Assembly (NCBI GenBank): GCA_964252035.1
Contig: OZ176204.1
Reading direction: 5' to 3' (one strand)
Length of the DNA: 64,000 bases
Source of the DNA: Podarcis erhardii
Taxonomy: Eukaryota
Under the pieces are notes generated by a model that worked only from the letters and a program-made list of their open reading frames with translations, had not been told where the DNA came from and ran no database searches. Positions 36,342-50,256 of the stretch are shown here, piece by piece; the stretch's first letter is position 1, and each line of letters opens with the position of its first letter. Made by a program: the position numbers and the translations under genes.

Positions 36342-37738
36342 CTACAAGAGAGAATTTGATCAAGGCCGACTCTGAGCCATGCTTCAAAGCCATACCTGGC
36401 ACGGCTAAAAGGTGGAGCGTCAGCCACTGTAAGAAGCCATGTGTTTGCTTATCCCGTTGTTTCTATGCATATTACAATAATATTAATTGTAGAGTTGGAA
36501 GGAACCCCCCAAGGGGCATCTAAGTCCAACCTTCCTGCAATTCAGGAAGTCTCTGGGTGGGCTTGAACCACCAACCTTCTGGTTAACAGCCAGGTGTCCA
36601 GACCCATTGTGCCACCTTAGGGACTGCCATAGAAGTTCAGTTAGGGATCAGAACTATGCCACATCAGCTACACCCTAAAAAAGCCCAATCAAGGAAGTAG
36701 GAGAAAGGGCAAACAGGCAGTGGTGAAATGGACTGTGGGAGTTCCAGAGTTACAAATAGTTAAGAATCATAAACATTTTTGTCACTGATATTCTTCAATT
36801 CTGAGGTAAGTTCATAACATTTCAAAACATACAAATGTGTTCTATTCCTAGACACCTGAAGTTAAAGTTGTGGAGACTTTCTTCTATCATGGTATAGCAG
36901 AAAAGTATCTGGAATAACCAAACAGAAACTCTTTCCAAAGTGTATAATAGATTGTATTTAAAAACTCCTTAAAAACTAGCTATAAATGACTTGGGGTCAA
37001 ACCTAAAATAAATTATTATCATTTATTTTAAAAAGTATTTTAAACATGAACTAATAGTAACAGGTTAAACATTTCATTGGAGTGGCCGTGTTGGTCCAAT
37101 AAAGAGTGCCCTCCAAACCCTTTTGGATCTTACCCGACTTTCTTTGTTATCATCACTACAACCATGAGAATGGCCAACACAAACAAAAAGGGTGGGTTCT
37201 TGCATTGCTTCAGCAGAATGGGAGCTGCAGCCCACCTGCTCATCGCGAAAAGCTCCAGGAACCCATAGTGATGCTCTTTCCCACAAGGGTTGGTAGCACA
37301 GGGAACAGCGAGAGCATGAGTTCCTCTCACATGATCCAGGGTTTCTCATGTTCTCTTTGCACAGCATGGGAAGTGGGTGAAGGCACACCTTCCCTCTCTC
37401 TTTCTGCCACCTCCATTCTTTCTTTTTAAAATCTCTCTTTCTCTTTTGGACAGCCCCTCTCCTTTTACCCCTCCTTGCCGCCTGCACAAAATGAAACCAA
37501 GGCTTGCCCACCTAGCCCTCACAATGTTACAACAGCAGGACCGGGCGAGATTTTCAAACCTCCTTGCCTGAGCCTTTTTTGGGGTGGGGTTGTATGCATC
37601 AAAATTTGCAACTTCAACAAGGTAGAACTTTTAAATTTTACTCCCTAGTCAAGTTACGCATTTCTCCTCCTCTCCCTTGGCTGTTTTGGGTGGGCATTTT
37701 CCCAGCTTCTGTGCTGGGCAATCCTTGAGCATTTAAGC

Positions 37739-37966
37739 CAGTGGTTCCCAACCTTTTTTTGGCCATGCCCCATCTAATCATCTCTAAAATCCTGATGCCT
37801 CCCCCTGTGCCATATAATTCTTATTATTCAAAAAGTGAACTCCTATTCACGCGGAGGAAGCCTAACAGGCCATTAACTTGGCTGAACTCATTCTTGAATT
37901 GGCCCCTCCTCCCAAAAAATCAAATTGCCCCATTGTGGGGCGTGTGCCCCACGTTGGGAACCATGG
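37739..37966. mobile_element. hAT-type MITE
   Basis: cagtggttcccaac ... gttgggaaccatgg; 8-bp TSD atttaagc (37731-37738, 37967-37974). Confidence 0.85.
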
Positions 37967-38071
37967 ATTTAAGCCCTAGTTTGACTCGACCTAAGCACAG
38001 AAAATTATCTGAAGGTATTAGACAAGGTGAGAAATCCCATTTGAAATAAAGACAACCACTCGCACTAAATA

Positions 38072-38115
<44 letters not shown>
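38072..38115. repeat. (TAT)n microsatellite, ~60 nt downstream of the exon ~25 donor
   Basis: Direct reading. Confidence 0.95.
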
Positions 38116-38116
<1 letters not shown>

Positions 38117-38177
38117 AAAAGAATGACACAGTAGTAACAGTGAGACAGCATCCAGAGTGTTTCAGTTCTTCAGTCAC

Positions 38178-38397
38178 CTCTGACCGTGAGAGTGCTGGTA
38201 GAACTCTTGGACGGCACTCCTGCATCACTTGCGACTACCCTGAGGTAGTACTCGGCAATCCTTTCCCTGTCTAGAACAGCTGTGGAGTTGATAAGACCAC
38301 TGCTGCTGTCGATGACAAAGTCCATCCTAGGCATGCCCACCTGCATACGGTATGTCACTTGACCATTCAAGCCTTCATCAAGGTCAATGGCTACCAC
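38178..38397 (-). CDS. CDH23: CDH23 exon ~25 (220 nt): VVAIDLDEGLNGQVTYRMQVGMPRMDFVIDSSSGLINSTAVLDRERIAEYYLRVVASDAGVPSKSSTSTLTVR
   Basis: ctgtctcag|GTGGTA...GTCAGAG|gtgact; ORF 38170..38397. Confidence 0.97.
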
Positions 38398-39171
38398 CTG
38401 AGACAGAAAGCAAAAAAGTGAAGCACAACATTCTGACGAGTTTCCCCCCTCTCATAAAGGTGAAACCAAGAAGATCCCAACAGAATCACATTATCACTTC
38501 CCATGGGCTCAGGGCCAAATTTACACATGGCCTTAACTCAAGTGTGGGGCTACCTAGTGCTACCTGGTTCATTAAAAATAAAACAAAGTTGTTACCAAAA
38601 TTGTTCCTGAGATGGGATCAGCCCCATTGTGCCTGCAATTTGCACTGCAAAAAGATGTCCCACTGGAACTAATGGGAACTCCCTTTTTTGTGCTTAAGGG
38701 CAAAGCAATACAGTTCAGATCACATGCAGAGCAGCGAAAGAACCAGCGCTGCTAGTCCCTTGAATGTGTTCACCTTTTTCTTGAACAGACTATGCTGAGA
38801 GAGACGGACTAAGGCTGCCAAACTCACATTCAGCTGTAAAGAAAAGCAAGTGAACTAATGATCTGATGTCACGAGGGGCTTTCAGTCTATCAGTTCCTCT
38901 GTGTGGTTTAACTTTCTCAACTTCCTCTTGGCTTATTTCAACAAGTAGTACAGAATGTAGATAGAAGTCAGGTGTGATCATCAGTGAGAAAACGTATGAG
39001 GTATTTGCTCCCTTAAAACATTCTGGGGCACTGGTTTTACTGCAGTGAGGAAAGTACCACTACTACTCATCACTACATCTGCAACAGAAGCCCAAACAGC
39101 TGTTCTCGTTGTTTTTTAAGAAACACCTTTCAGCAAGTATATGGTTGAAATCAAAAGTAACGCCGATTCAC

Positions 39172-39317
39172 CTGGAAAACGGATGACCCTGCTGGAAGTC
39201 CCTCGGGAATCTCAGTGATAAAAGGTAAATTCTGGAAAGCGGGGTCGTTGTCATTGAGATCCAGCAGGTTTACAAACACTGTGGCACTGCTGGTGGCTCG
39301 CAATGGGGGTCTTCCAC
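39172..39317 (-). CDS. CDH23: CDH23 exon ~24 (146 nt): (R)GRPPLRATSSATVFVNLLDLNDNDPAFQNLPFITEIPEGLPAGSSVFQ
   Basis: tctctgcag|GTGGAAGA...TTCCAG|gtgaat; ORF 39151..39357. Confidence 0.97.
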
Positions 39318-39753
39318 CTGCAGAGATCAGAAGAGTCACAACTAGTCTCACGAGCACCCCAAAGACTGAAAAAAAAAATTTCTAATATTTTGTCTTAGCA
39401 AACCTCTATATATCAAGAAGAAACCCCTGTTCATTCCTCTTCAAGTAATTGGCAATTCACTTTCAATGAAAAAAAAAATCAGACTTGGGAAATGTCAGAG
39501 CGATAACAAAACCGTTAAAATAAATTGCAGAAGTAAGAGTGTAGAAGCTAGCATTTATCTAACTTTAAGCAATCTATAATTGTTGCTACTCTTGCTATGT
39601 ACCTATTATGGGGGAAAGTTATAGAGGGATGTGGTTTTTTTTTTTAATCAAGAGCACAAAATATATAAGAATGTGACAGCTAGTATGTAAGAATGTGTAG
39701 CAGGTAGTTAACGGAGCGCTAAAGTATTCACAGAACAATTGAAGCAAGCATAC

Positions 39754-39943
39754 GATCAGTGACGGAGACCACAATCTTCCTCATGAGCTCAGCTTCCTGG
39801 GGGTTTGGATTTTCTCTGTCCAGGACAACCCCTGTTGTCCGAATCTTCCCTGTGGTGCTGTTAAGACTGTAGAACTTATTTGGCGGTCTAATGCTGTACA
39901 CGAGGGAACCGTTTTCTGCTAGGTCTGGGTCAAAAGCAACCAC
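39754..39943 (-). CDS. CDH23: CDH23 exon ~23 (190 nt): VVAFDPDLAENGSLVYSIRPPNKFYSLNSTTGKIRTTGVVLDRENPNPQEAELMRKIVVSVTD
   Basis: tctctgtag|GTGGTT...ACTGATC|gtatgc; ORF 39728..39943. Confidence 0.97.
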
Positions 39944-41851
39944 CTACAGAGATCAAAAGAGTGATGGTATATTGATAAGAGACCAAAAATAAATAAATCC
40001 TTTTTCATTTTTTTCGTGCATCTGTACAGCTGGCTTCTAAATTGAAGCATGAAACAGAAAAGATCCGGAATAAAAGCGTGAGTCCGATTCCATTCACTTA
40101 AGTACACAACACAGTCTCATTGAAGAAGCTGTCCTGATGCTTTTTCGTGCTACAGCAACAGTCACCATGGCTGATGTGCCAGTGAAAAAATGTCCAAGCA
40201 AAACAGAATAAACGAATGTAGGAGAATAAGAATTCTGTTGCCCCTTCCTGGCAAAGGATCATTCCACTTACAGCATTTCAGTTAAGCTGGGAGGCCATGA
40301 AGTTTGGGGAGTTTAAAACACATTATCTCATCAAAGATGTTCAAAATGCTTTTTTTTTGCATGTCCTTCCCTTTAAAATAATAATTTTGTTTGGTCTTAC
40401 AAAACACCCTCTCACAGCTTTTTCTAATCTTGGCCTTTTCTAATCTTTCTAACTCAACCTGGATGTACTAGCTGCCCATCAAATGATCACTTTCCTTTTT
40501 GGACAGACCATATCCTCAGATATTATCCCCATGGCTCCTGTCATAACACTGCATTTATTTTTATTTTTGCCTAGTGGGTTTTTCTTCCCATTTTGCTCTT
40601 GCTTTCAAATGTAATATCTGTGCTTGCACGAACTTGTGATTTCTATTGGCTCTTCCCTGGTTTACTTCCTTTGTTATTGTTACGTTGAAGTTGAAAATAT
40701 ACAAAAAATTATGATCTAAAAAAATTAAGCACACTATCATATCCAAACATAGTTGCAATCATGGTTACTTTAGTACAACCCTGCACAACCCATGCTAATA
40801 GCTAAAGGACACTGCTCATTTGTATGTTGCAATTAATTTGCAAATATTTGCAACATTTCAGTTTGCTGGCAGAGTGCTGCAAAGGTCTTTCTATTCCTTG
40901 AGATGCAGCTCCTGTTTGCCAGCTGTGTATGTCCACTGGGTGAAAGGGGGAGATTAGAAAGGATGCAAAAGAAAGTTCATTGCGTTATTCAGAGGCAGGT
41001 GTCTGTGGAAAAGGGAATTCATTAGCCTGGTTGCCTTGACAAAAAAATAAATAAATTCCTTCTTCGCGGTGAGTTCCATGAGAGGGTTTCATCTGCTCTT
41101 TGTGACATCACTATGTACCAAATCAGATTTGGCTACTGGGGAACATCACTAACGACAAATGAAACCCTCTTACTGCCCTAACCCTGAATGGTGAACGTGT
41201 CCCTGCTCTACTCTCTATCATAGCCTTAACTCGCACTGTCTCTTTAATTCAGAATGAGGGCATTGAAGTTGCATTGTTTGCCCTCAATAAAATCCTCATG
41301 TAGTCAGAAATCACTGGTTGCCCCACAATCTCATGCTCACAATGTGATTCCCATTTGACTTGGATCGCACTGTATAAAACTGTCTTTTATTTTTAAATCA
41401 CCTCTAAAGGGGAATACAGGACAGTGGCTGCAAATACATACTGTATACGCTTTGTCTTAATTTGTAAAGACTTCTGAATATATGCTGAAGTATTTGCAAA
41501 ACCAGAAGATGCACCTAAATGTGACAAACAGCCCATGAATCTTTGGAAGTGCCGTTCTCCATGTTCCTCTTCATCTTTTAAGATACACAGAGGCTCCTTT
41601 GTTTCATGCTCTGTTTTGTACTAGACAGAGTCTTCTTTGCAGTGGCACCTCTCTTGTGAAACTCCCTGACTACGGTCATCCACTAAGAATAATTCTCTGA
41701 AGACCACCTTTTTCCTGTAAGTTTTCCCACTGGCGAGTAAACTGCAAATGTTTTCACTGCTGCTGATGTTCTGGCTTGGGCCTGTTTGTTTTTATTGTTT
41801 AGTATTTAGACCTATTTTAAAGTGGCATGCTCTTTATTTTGATGGTGTGGA

Positions 41852-41966
41852 AAATAAAATATAGTCATTTTTTACCAGGTACCTGTAGTCCTGAAGATGA
41901 CTTAGAAAAATAAGTCGTCTTCAGGACTACAGGTACCTGGTCAAAAATGACTGTTTATATTTTATT
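41852..41966. repeat. Near-perfect inverted repeat (arms ~52-56 bp, 6-nt loop gaaaaa)
   Basis: accaggtacctgtagtcctgaagatgactta-gaaaaa-taagtcgtcttcaggactacaggtacctggt, extended by AT-rich arms. Confidence 0.95.
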
Positions 41967-41979
41967 TTATTTAAATTAC

Positions 41980-42150
41980 TTATATTTATTTACCACCTTT
42001 TCCTCCAAGGAGCTCAGAGGCATGTGTATGGCAGACTAGGCCGAGACAGTGACTGGCCCAAGGTCACCCAGTGAGTTTCATGGCCGTGTAGGGATTCGAA
42101 CACTGGTCTCCCAGTGTTCTGACACAGTCTGACACTAACCATCACACCAC
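41980..42150 (-). mobile_element. MIR-like squamate SINE fragment
   Basis: gagacagtgactggcccaaggtcacccagtgagtttcatggc...gggattcgaac (reverse B-box). Confidence 0.6.
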
Positions 42151-43500
42151 AGTAGGAACAAACAACAAATTACACGCAATAAGAACAAAGACACGACTTA
42201 AAGCATATTGCATCTCCTATAAGGAGACTGGAAAGGTTACTTCAAGGTGGGGGGAAAAGGTGGCTGAATTTACTTCAGTGAATCAATCTGTAATTGAACA
42301 TCTTGAAATGGAAACTGACTGGTTGCAGGAGTTCTAAATGAGAACCAGATTTGGAATTTTGAAGTCATTATATTACTTTTTAATTACATAGAAATAAATT
42401 GTATTTGATCAGCACATGCACAATTGATTTCATGTTTCATTAAAGCTACTTCGTGTTAAGTTGCCAACACATTTTCCCTAACAGAAACAGAAGTACAAGG
42501 AGTCGGAGCCCTGTCAAGACTGATGGGGCACTCAGGGGGCGAAGTTTGTTCATGGATGGGGGAGAGAGGGGGAGCTCAAAGGCCAGTTAAGGTAACTGAG
42601 AGTTAATTTCTACACAGTGAACTTGGACGAGAGACCTTTGCTATTTCCCCTCCTCCCAGAAGATTAATGTTTCATTATGGTATTTTTTTTTTTTAAAAAA
42701 ACAGTCTTTCCTGTTTGATGATTTTGTGGATTCTCTCCGCTTTCCCCTCATTTATTTTCTGTTTCACGCCCGTCATTTTTCTCCTAGTGTGATGGAGAAT
42801 AATTCTGCCTCTCCTTCTCTTTTATTTTGCCAGAGGGATTTGAAAGGCTTTAAATCAATGCCTTTCAGAGAGGTCCTTGAAGGAGGTCGCAAGCAAGGCT
42901 GGGAAAGTTGAAATTGGCCCAAAATTTTACTTTAAAACACACGGAGGCAACCCTAATGCACACACACACACATACACACAATATGAATGACTATGCCATG
43001 TTTGCAAAAGGATGGGAACTGCGAGTGCAATGTGAGGACTATAATTTTATGCCTTCCAAATCACATTAAGGTCCAGAACCACAGCAGAGGAAACAGAGTT
43101 CATGGTACAGGAACTGGGTGTGGAATAAATTATGTAGCCTTGGTGCTTCAGAATCCAATAAATACCAGCATGGGGTGGGCGTGGGGGGGGGGAATGCAGC
43201 GACTGTTACAGTGTTCATATGACTAAATAAATACATACCACTAACCTTTTCTTTTTCTACCCCCTTCAGGAAACCTCCTATATATTGACTTGTCTGCTGA
43301 GAAAAACTACCTGCTCATCTTTCACGGAACCTTAGTAGGTCACATAGGATTCTGTGCTATGCTTTAAGGGACACGCTTTGTTCATGCTAGCATTAACCAG
43401 ACATATTGGAACTTTACCATTTCCCATCACGAAAGGAGCATATATCCCTTTCCATTAAGGAACTCTGTTACGTTTCCAAGAAATTCTGAGGTTTCCTATA

Positions 43501-43725
43501 CAGCGGTACCTCGGTCTACGAACAGCTCTGTTAACAAACTATTTGGTGTACGAACTCCACAAAACCGGAAGCAGGTGTTCTGGTTAGCGAACTTTGCCTC
43601 AGAAGATGTATGGAAGCCGAACGGTGGAAGGGTACAGGTGGTGGGAGGCCTCAGTAGGGAAAGCGCGCCTTGGATTAAGAATGGACTTCCAGAACGAATT
43701 AAGTTCATAAACCGAGGTACCACTG
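43501..43725. mobile_element. Tc1/mariner-type MITE (divergent subfamily)
   Basis: ta|cagcggtacctcggtctacg ... ccgaggtaccactg|ta. Confidence 0.85.
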
Positions 43726-46099
43726 TAAGATAAGTTTGAAAACCACTGTACTAAAGAAGGTGTATGCCATCTGCTGACCTACGTTGTTACTGGTTATAAG
43801 CCTGCTCTTGTATTCCAGTTGAAATTCTGATGCCCAAACTCTGATGCCTAGTGAAGGACTGGGACTGCAGATGAAGCAAAAGAGGATTAAATGGCCAGTT
43901 CATGATTAATTTCGCTTGCAATTTTGCTTTATTGCAAACTGTTTAATCGCTAACCTTACAGAGGCTACGCCTTTAATTGCAATAAATAAATAATCATTGC
44001 TAACAGTTACTGGCAATCCACATGTCTTTACAGCAAGATGAATTGGTCATTATGTTAAAAATAAAGGGCCGTAATCCTTCCGACAAGTATTTGTTCACAC
44101 ACCCCAGACTGACGAATTTAGACTAGGGTCTGCCAGCCTTATACATTTGGGTGTATGTGTGGTGAAAGTGTGTGTGTAGGGGACTCTTTTAGAGTAGGGC
44201 AAAAATGCTTCAAATAACAAAAAAACAAAAACAAACAACCAAAAAAAACACCCCCAAATAAGTGAAGCTCTTAAGGAATGGGCCAATCTTTGCTGTAAGG
44301 TCCTTTCCACAACAGGGTCCTCTGGGGCTGCTGAAGCATTGCTCTTCCATAATCAGGTGGAAGCACATGGCCCTTGATATAGTGCTTTATTTCCCACTGT
44401 AATTGCTGCAGCAAATTCAAAAGCAGGCAGGCATTCCTGAACTAGGATTGCAGCCTAGTTAGTGAGAACCTAACCATGCCTACTCAGGGAAAAAAAAGTT
44501 TGTTTTGGTTCAATAGAACCTACTCTAGCACCTAGGATTATTGGGGATAAGGCAGTGGTCTCCCTGCATGGATACGCTAGCTGTGTCTGCTTCTATTAAG
44601 CAGCGTAAAGGCAGGCAGAATCAGGCCCCACAAGCAGCAGCTCTCACAGACCATGGGGGCCAGAGATGCTGTGATGCAGCATGACAGAAGCCTCCCTGTT
44701 GGCTGATGTGCAGAGGACATCATGAGCAGTTCCCTGACAAAACATTAATGTGCAAACACTGCAATCAGGTGTTGGATTTTAGAGTTATGTGATAAACTGA
44801 CAACTTCTGTATTCTGTTCAGTGCATGCTTTGTAAACTGGCTTTGTTGAAGGGTGATATATAAATTTAATAAATAACAATGCTTTTAATCTCTCTCTTTT
44901 AATTACATTGATCTTTTTGTGTATGTGCCTGGTGTTACCTGCAGACTACCAGCTGACCATTCTTGGTTTCTATCACACCTTTTGCTGATTCCCCTTCGCC
45001 CTTAATGGATAATAGTAACATTCAATAATTTATTTTCACTGCATGCCACTCAAAAGCAAGGAAAATGAATATGGGATTTACTGCTTTTATTTTATCAGGA
45101 GTTCTGGCCCAGCCATGTAACCTGTTTGCAATGCAAGACTCAACAATCGAATATAAAAAGAAGGATAGCTAGCAATGCATTCTCATTGGTTAATGAAGGA
45201 CAATCCATCAGCTCCTAATCTAATGATCTCTATCCCTATTCTATTAGTACATTCTGAAACATAGAATTAAAAATGGCTATCTACTGACCGGCCTTTATCC
45301 AGGTAAATTCGACTTCTTATGTTGCCACGGCACTTTAATTGCCAGAATAGAAAACTGACTTTAACACTTATTTGTTCCTGAACTGCACTAATATCAGGCT
45401 GTGGAAGATGTGTAAGAAGCCTGTGTCAGGTCCTGGAAGCAGGGACTCTCACAGCCTGTTAACAGGCACTGTCTCTTTGTGTTCACTGGAGGGAATGCTT
45501 CTGCCCATATTCAAAATGTGTTTGCACCGCCAGTGAGCAACCACAACCAAGCCTCCAAAATCCAAACTTAAGAGAATGAGGCTGCAACCTTAGGCACACT
45601 TACCCGAGAGTCTCAAGGAGTCTTGCTTCTGAGCAAATATATCTGAACAAGCAATGATGCTTACCGGAAGGGGAAGTGATGTGGTAATGAGGAAGTCAGT
45701 GGGAATGCCTGATTGGCTTCACAGGTGCCTCTGCAGAGCCCTGATCTCTCCCCCTCCCAGTAAGCAGCAGCAACACAGCTGTGCGAAGTTAGCATTCTGG
45801 CTCCACCCCTCCAGGTGAACTGCTTCTGTTGGTCTGTGTGTGCTTATCCCTTCTTCTGTAAGCCCCCCTGGGCCCCCATGCAACATCAGAACAGTGTTTA
45901 TGAGTATTTCTTTTGGGTAAAGTGTGCCAAACATACCTGAAGACTATGTGTGCCAATTACTTTTTATTTCATACCTGCTTTAAAAATAAATAAATCTGCA
46001 CATCTGCACATCTACACATCTACATAATACATTAAAATGGTGGTTCTGAACTACAGAAAGAATTGTGGGTATGTTTCCCCCCTCCCCACCGGCGCATAC

Positions 46100-46207
46100 C
46101 GTTGTGACATCCGAGTCTGGAGGAGTCATCTCTACTAAGTTAATGAAGTATGGCTCATCCTTCCACACGGGGTAGTTATCATTAATGTCCAGTAAAGTGA
46201 TGTTTAC
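46100..46207 (-). CDS. CDH23: CDH23 exon ~22 (108 nt): VNITLLDINDNYPVWKDEPYFINLVEMTPPDSDVTT
   Basis: tctttccag|GTAAAC...ACAACG|gtatgc; contains DINDN linker. Confidence 0.97.
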
Positions 46208-47223
46208 CTGGAAAGAATTACAGTTGAAAATACAGCCTTTAATAAAGCAACACACATTTTGGCCAGCTTCCTTTTATCGCTCCTGTATCTGCACCGGCAA
46301 CCTCAGAATACGGTTTTCATACAGGTTAGGAATGCCAGACAGAAACACGATGACAATGTCTGACAAAGACACTCTCCTTTACGTTTGTCCTAATGCCCCT
46401 GTCACACGCGATGCAGCTTTTAGCAAGATGTTGCCTCTGGAGGCCCATTTGATTCACTCAGCAACGCCAGTGCTTATTCTGGAAGAGGAGGTTCTACTCG
46501 CCAGGGAAGCTTTCAGAATTCTGTGCTGTGACTGCTTGACAGCAGGGCAGGAACCCTCTCTCTACAAGCGCGTGAGTCACAATAAATAAACAAATCTGAC
46601 TAATGTCATCTCCCGCCCAACCCCCCAGCTACTTCCATTATTGTTCTCTGGGTTATTCACAATTTGCTGAGTAATTCCTCTGCTACTGGATTATACAGGA
46701 TAAAGTAGGGAGTGCTAACTTTAAAAGTCACATGTCGCTTCTATTCCTTGGCTGAACTTCGGAGGCTTGGGTTTAAATCTCATATACATGACTATAATTT
46801 TTTTGGGCAGTGTGGTTTAGCACCAATGTTGTTAGCTCCTGTCAGAAGTGTTTATATGGCCAAACACCAAGCAGCAGATCAGAGCAGTGTCATTACATAT
46901 CAGACTAGCAGAAGGGAAGAACTGGAACACAAAAGGTACAAGCTGACATGGAGGAGCTTCTGAAAAATGGACTGTCCACAGCAAACCATTCCTTTTTGGC
47001 CATCCTATCTACCAGTACCAAATGAATGGGCGCCATTGTGGTTTGTTTATTTATTTAATGGATTGAAATCGTTTTATAATAGTCTTCAATTAAAATGTTC
47101 AAGGCAACAGATTAAAAAAGCAGAGTAAAAAGCAAGGATCAATAAAACAAGCAAAGTAGAAATACATCAGCTACCCAAAGCCTGGGAAAATAAAAAGGCT
47201 TTGACTGGCAGACAAAATAGATA

Positions 47224-47449
47224 CAGTGGTACCTCAGGTTAAGAACTTAATTCGTTCTGGAGGTCCGTTCTTAACCTGAAACTGTTCTTAACCTGAGGTA
47301 CAACTTTAGCTAATGGGGCCTCCCACTGCCGCTGTGCCACCATCACACAATTTCTGTTCTCATCCTGAAGCAAAGTTCTCAACCCTAGGTACTATTTCTG
47401 GGTTAGCGGAGTTTGTAACCTGAAGCACCTGTAACCCAAGGTACCACTG
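47224..47449. mobile_element. Tc1/mariner-type MITE (CAGTGGTACCTC family, opposite orientation)
   Basis: ta|cagtggtacctcagg ... aaggtaccactg|ta. Confidence 0.9.
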
Positions 47450-50218
47450 TATTGTTAATATTATTTCTTATATTGCTATACCACCCTTCATCTAAGGATC
47501 ACAGGGTGGTTTACAATATAAAAATAGATCATTTGAGATACCAGGCAAGCCTACCTTGGGGAACAATTCCACAAACAGGCCACCACAAATGAGAAGACCC
47601 TTCCCCAGTGACCCACTCCCTCAGAAGGAAGGTGTACTTGAAGACTCCTGTGCCATGCCAATTCTGTTTACTTCTCTGTAATCAATGGAGTTGTGGTGGC
47701 TTGTTTTAACAAACACTTGTGTCTGGTCTGATGTGCACCCTTACTCTAGCCCGGGGGGAGGAGGCAATCTAATGTGGCTCCACCCAAAACAACAACACCC
47801 ACACATCGTCACCATCTCTGTATATTTGTCCTGAGAAATTCATGTATCAAATCACCTCAAAATAAATTTAGATGGGTACTCAACCTAGTTTCTCTAGCTG
47901 TAGTGCTAGAGGGCACATGAAAAGCGCAGGGAGGCGTTCAACTGCGAGATAAAGGGGAATCCTCCTTGAACCCAAAAGACCAGAGAAGGAGCCATGCAGC
48001 GTCATTCATATATTTATCAAAGTCTGTTTTAAACCTTGAGAGGTTCTTTGCTCCTATAACTATGCCAGAATGCTAACAGCTGGAAAAAAAACCTCACTCC
48101 CAAAAATCTTCTGTCTGAGTTTCAGGTTTTTACACTCCCTTTAGCCTTCAGCTAAATTAGCACCTATAATAAATTGGAATTTTAGGAACATATTTAGGGA
48201 GGAATTCTGCATAGCACTCAGTAGATTGTTCTGTCAGTACAAGCATTCCAGCTTGCCAGATGCAACAATTTCCCCCCTCCTCCCTGCTGCATGCTATTCT
48301 GGGGGTCTGCTCAACCCTCCTGAAGCCAACTGGTGGTGGTGGAGAGCAGGGGGCACGTGGGAAGAGGGGGGCAAAAACCTCCATTGTGGAAGACCTTGCA
48401 CTGGGGCTTCCGTTAGTGGGACTCATTACCTGAATCCAGTTCTTTGGCTGCAATTCTGTAGTTACCTGGAAGTAAGCCCTTCTGAACTCCCTGGGGCTTA
48501 CTTCAGAGTAGGCATGTATACAGTCACACTGTTAAAAGCTCCTGCTGCTTTTTCCTTCCAAGCTGAAACAGTAAGACAGGTGTGCATTTCTACAATCATG
48601 TTCATATTCATGTTCTCAATAGTGCTAAGAGGCTAGCTCAGGGGGTAATCAGTCAACATGGCAAATAGGAGGTAATTACACTGTTATTGTGTATCTCCTA
48701 TGGAGTCCAGTATATTTCATCACCGTGGGCAGAAACTGAAAATAAATTATAATCAAGAAGAAAAACATGCCACCAGTGCTATTCCCAGAGAGCCACTAGT
48801 ACTGGTTTATTAGTCTGGTTTATTAGCCTGTGCAAAGTGGGCTGTTCTCACACAAGCAATCTGTGAAGAGTAAAGGCTACCTTTGTATGCCTGCAGTTAA
48901 CACTTGGTGACTGAGGAACAGCAGCACCATCTGAGACTGGGAAGATTCGGCACAGGAGATTTTAGCTGTGTGTGTATGCAGGGTTGCAGAGGAATTCAAT
49001 GAGGTTCAAAGGGTACAATTTCGCAAAAAAAGCAAAACAAAAAAACCCCAATGTATGCTAAGAACATCTGTTGCAATCTTTTCCTTTTTCTTTTACACCT
49101 AGATAACTTTAGCAGTACTGTCAACAAAAGACAAATAGTCACTTGTGTCTAAACAGAAGGATTGGGGGCTTTGGCATGATTATACAGTACACAAGGGAGA
49201 CTGTCTGCCCGGCCTACCTAAATTGCACCCCTTGGGTGTGGACAGTGCCGTGAAGCAACAGAGTGGCGTTACTAATTTTATCAGCTACAATTCTAACTGT
49301 TCCTATACATCTGTTCCTATACAGGAATGTGAGCAAAGACTTCACAAAGCAGGAACATCACCAGAAGTTCTAAAAATGCTGCTTCAACATCCTTCTCAGC
49401 CGTGGCACCTTCCCTGTGGGACGCCCTCCCATCCGATGTCAGGGAGATAAAGAATTCCGCACTCGATTATCTTTCAGCCCACATGTCGATAATGCCCGCC
49501 TGAATGCGTTTTGTAGGGTCCACTCCTACTATTGAAACTTACATTGGCCTGAGTTCTTGGTGTGCTTTTTTCTTGGTATATTCCTAAACAACTCAGCAGT
49601 AAAAACGGATAAGGACTTTTGAACATGCATATGTGAACTAGCCCTCTGAAGGCTTTAAATGGGAGAAAATCCATTTTGAAAAAGTAGTCCCTGATCATCT
49701 GATGAGACTTTGACAGGAAATTCCTGCTGAAATAGTCCCAATCAAGCCATTTCTATAGTTTAAAAATACTACCTGGAAAGCACTTATACACATTTCCAAG
49801 ACAGACACAGGCATGATATCACCAAGCTATTTCTGGAGATCTGGCAAAGCCAACAAAAAAATTAATTCCTTTGAAAATGCAAGCTTTGATAAGAAAGTTG
49901 AAAGGGGAGAAAGGGGGGGGCGGGCGGTGATAATTTGGTGCAGCAACTTATGGGATTTTGTGCCCTGAGAGTATAGTGCCAGGAGCACACCAGAGAAGCT
50001 CAGACATGCAATCAAGACAGTTGCCTTGGTTTCTCACCGCCCTGGTAAATTATTTAAAGTGTTTGAAATTCCTATTAGTTAGGTGCCCTGGGGCAGTCAC
50101 CTGGTAGACTGAGCAGTGGCTGATTGTTTGAAGAATATCTGGCCAGCAGGGACCCAGTTTACTCATTCTGTAATAATGTGTGAATGGAAGGGGAAAATAA
50201 CACACTAAAAACGAGAAG

Positions 50219-50219
<1 letters not shown>

Positions 50220-50255
<36 letters not shown>
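50220..50255. repeat. (AAAG)n microsatellite
   Basis: Direct reading. Confidence 0.95.
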
Positions 50256-50256
<1 letters not shown>

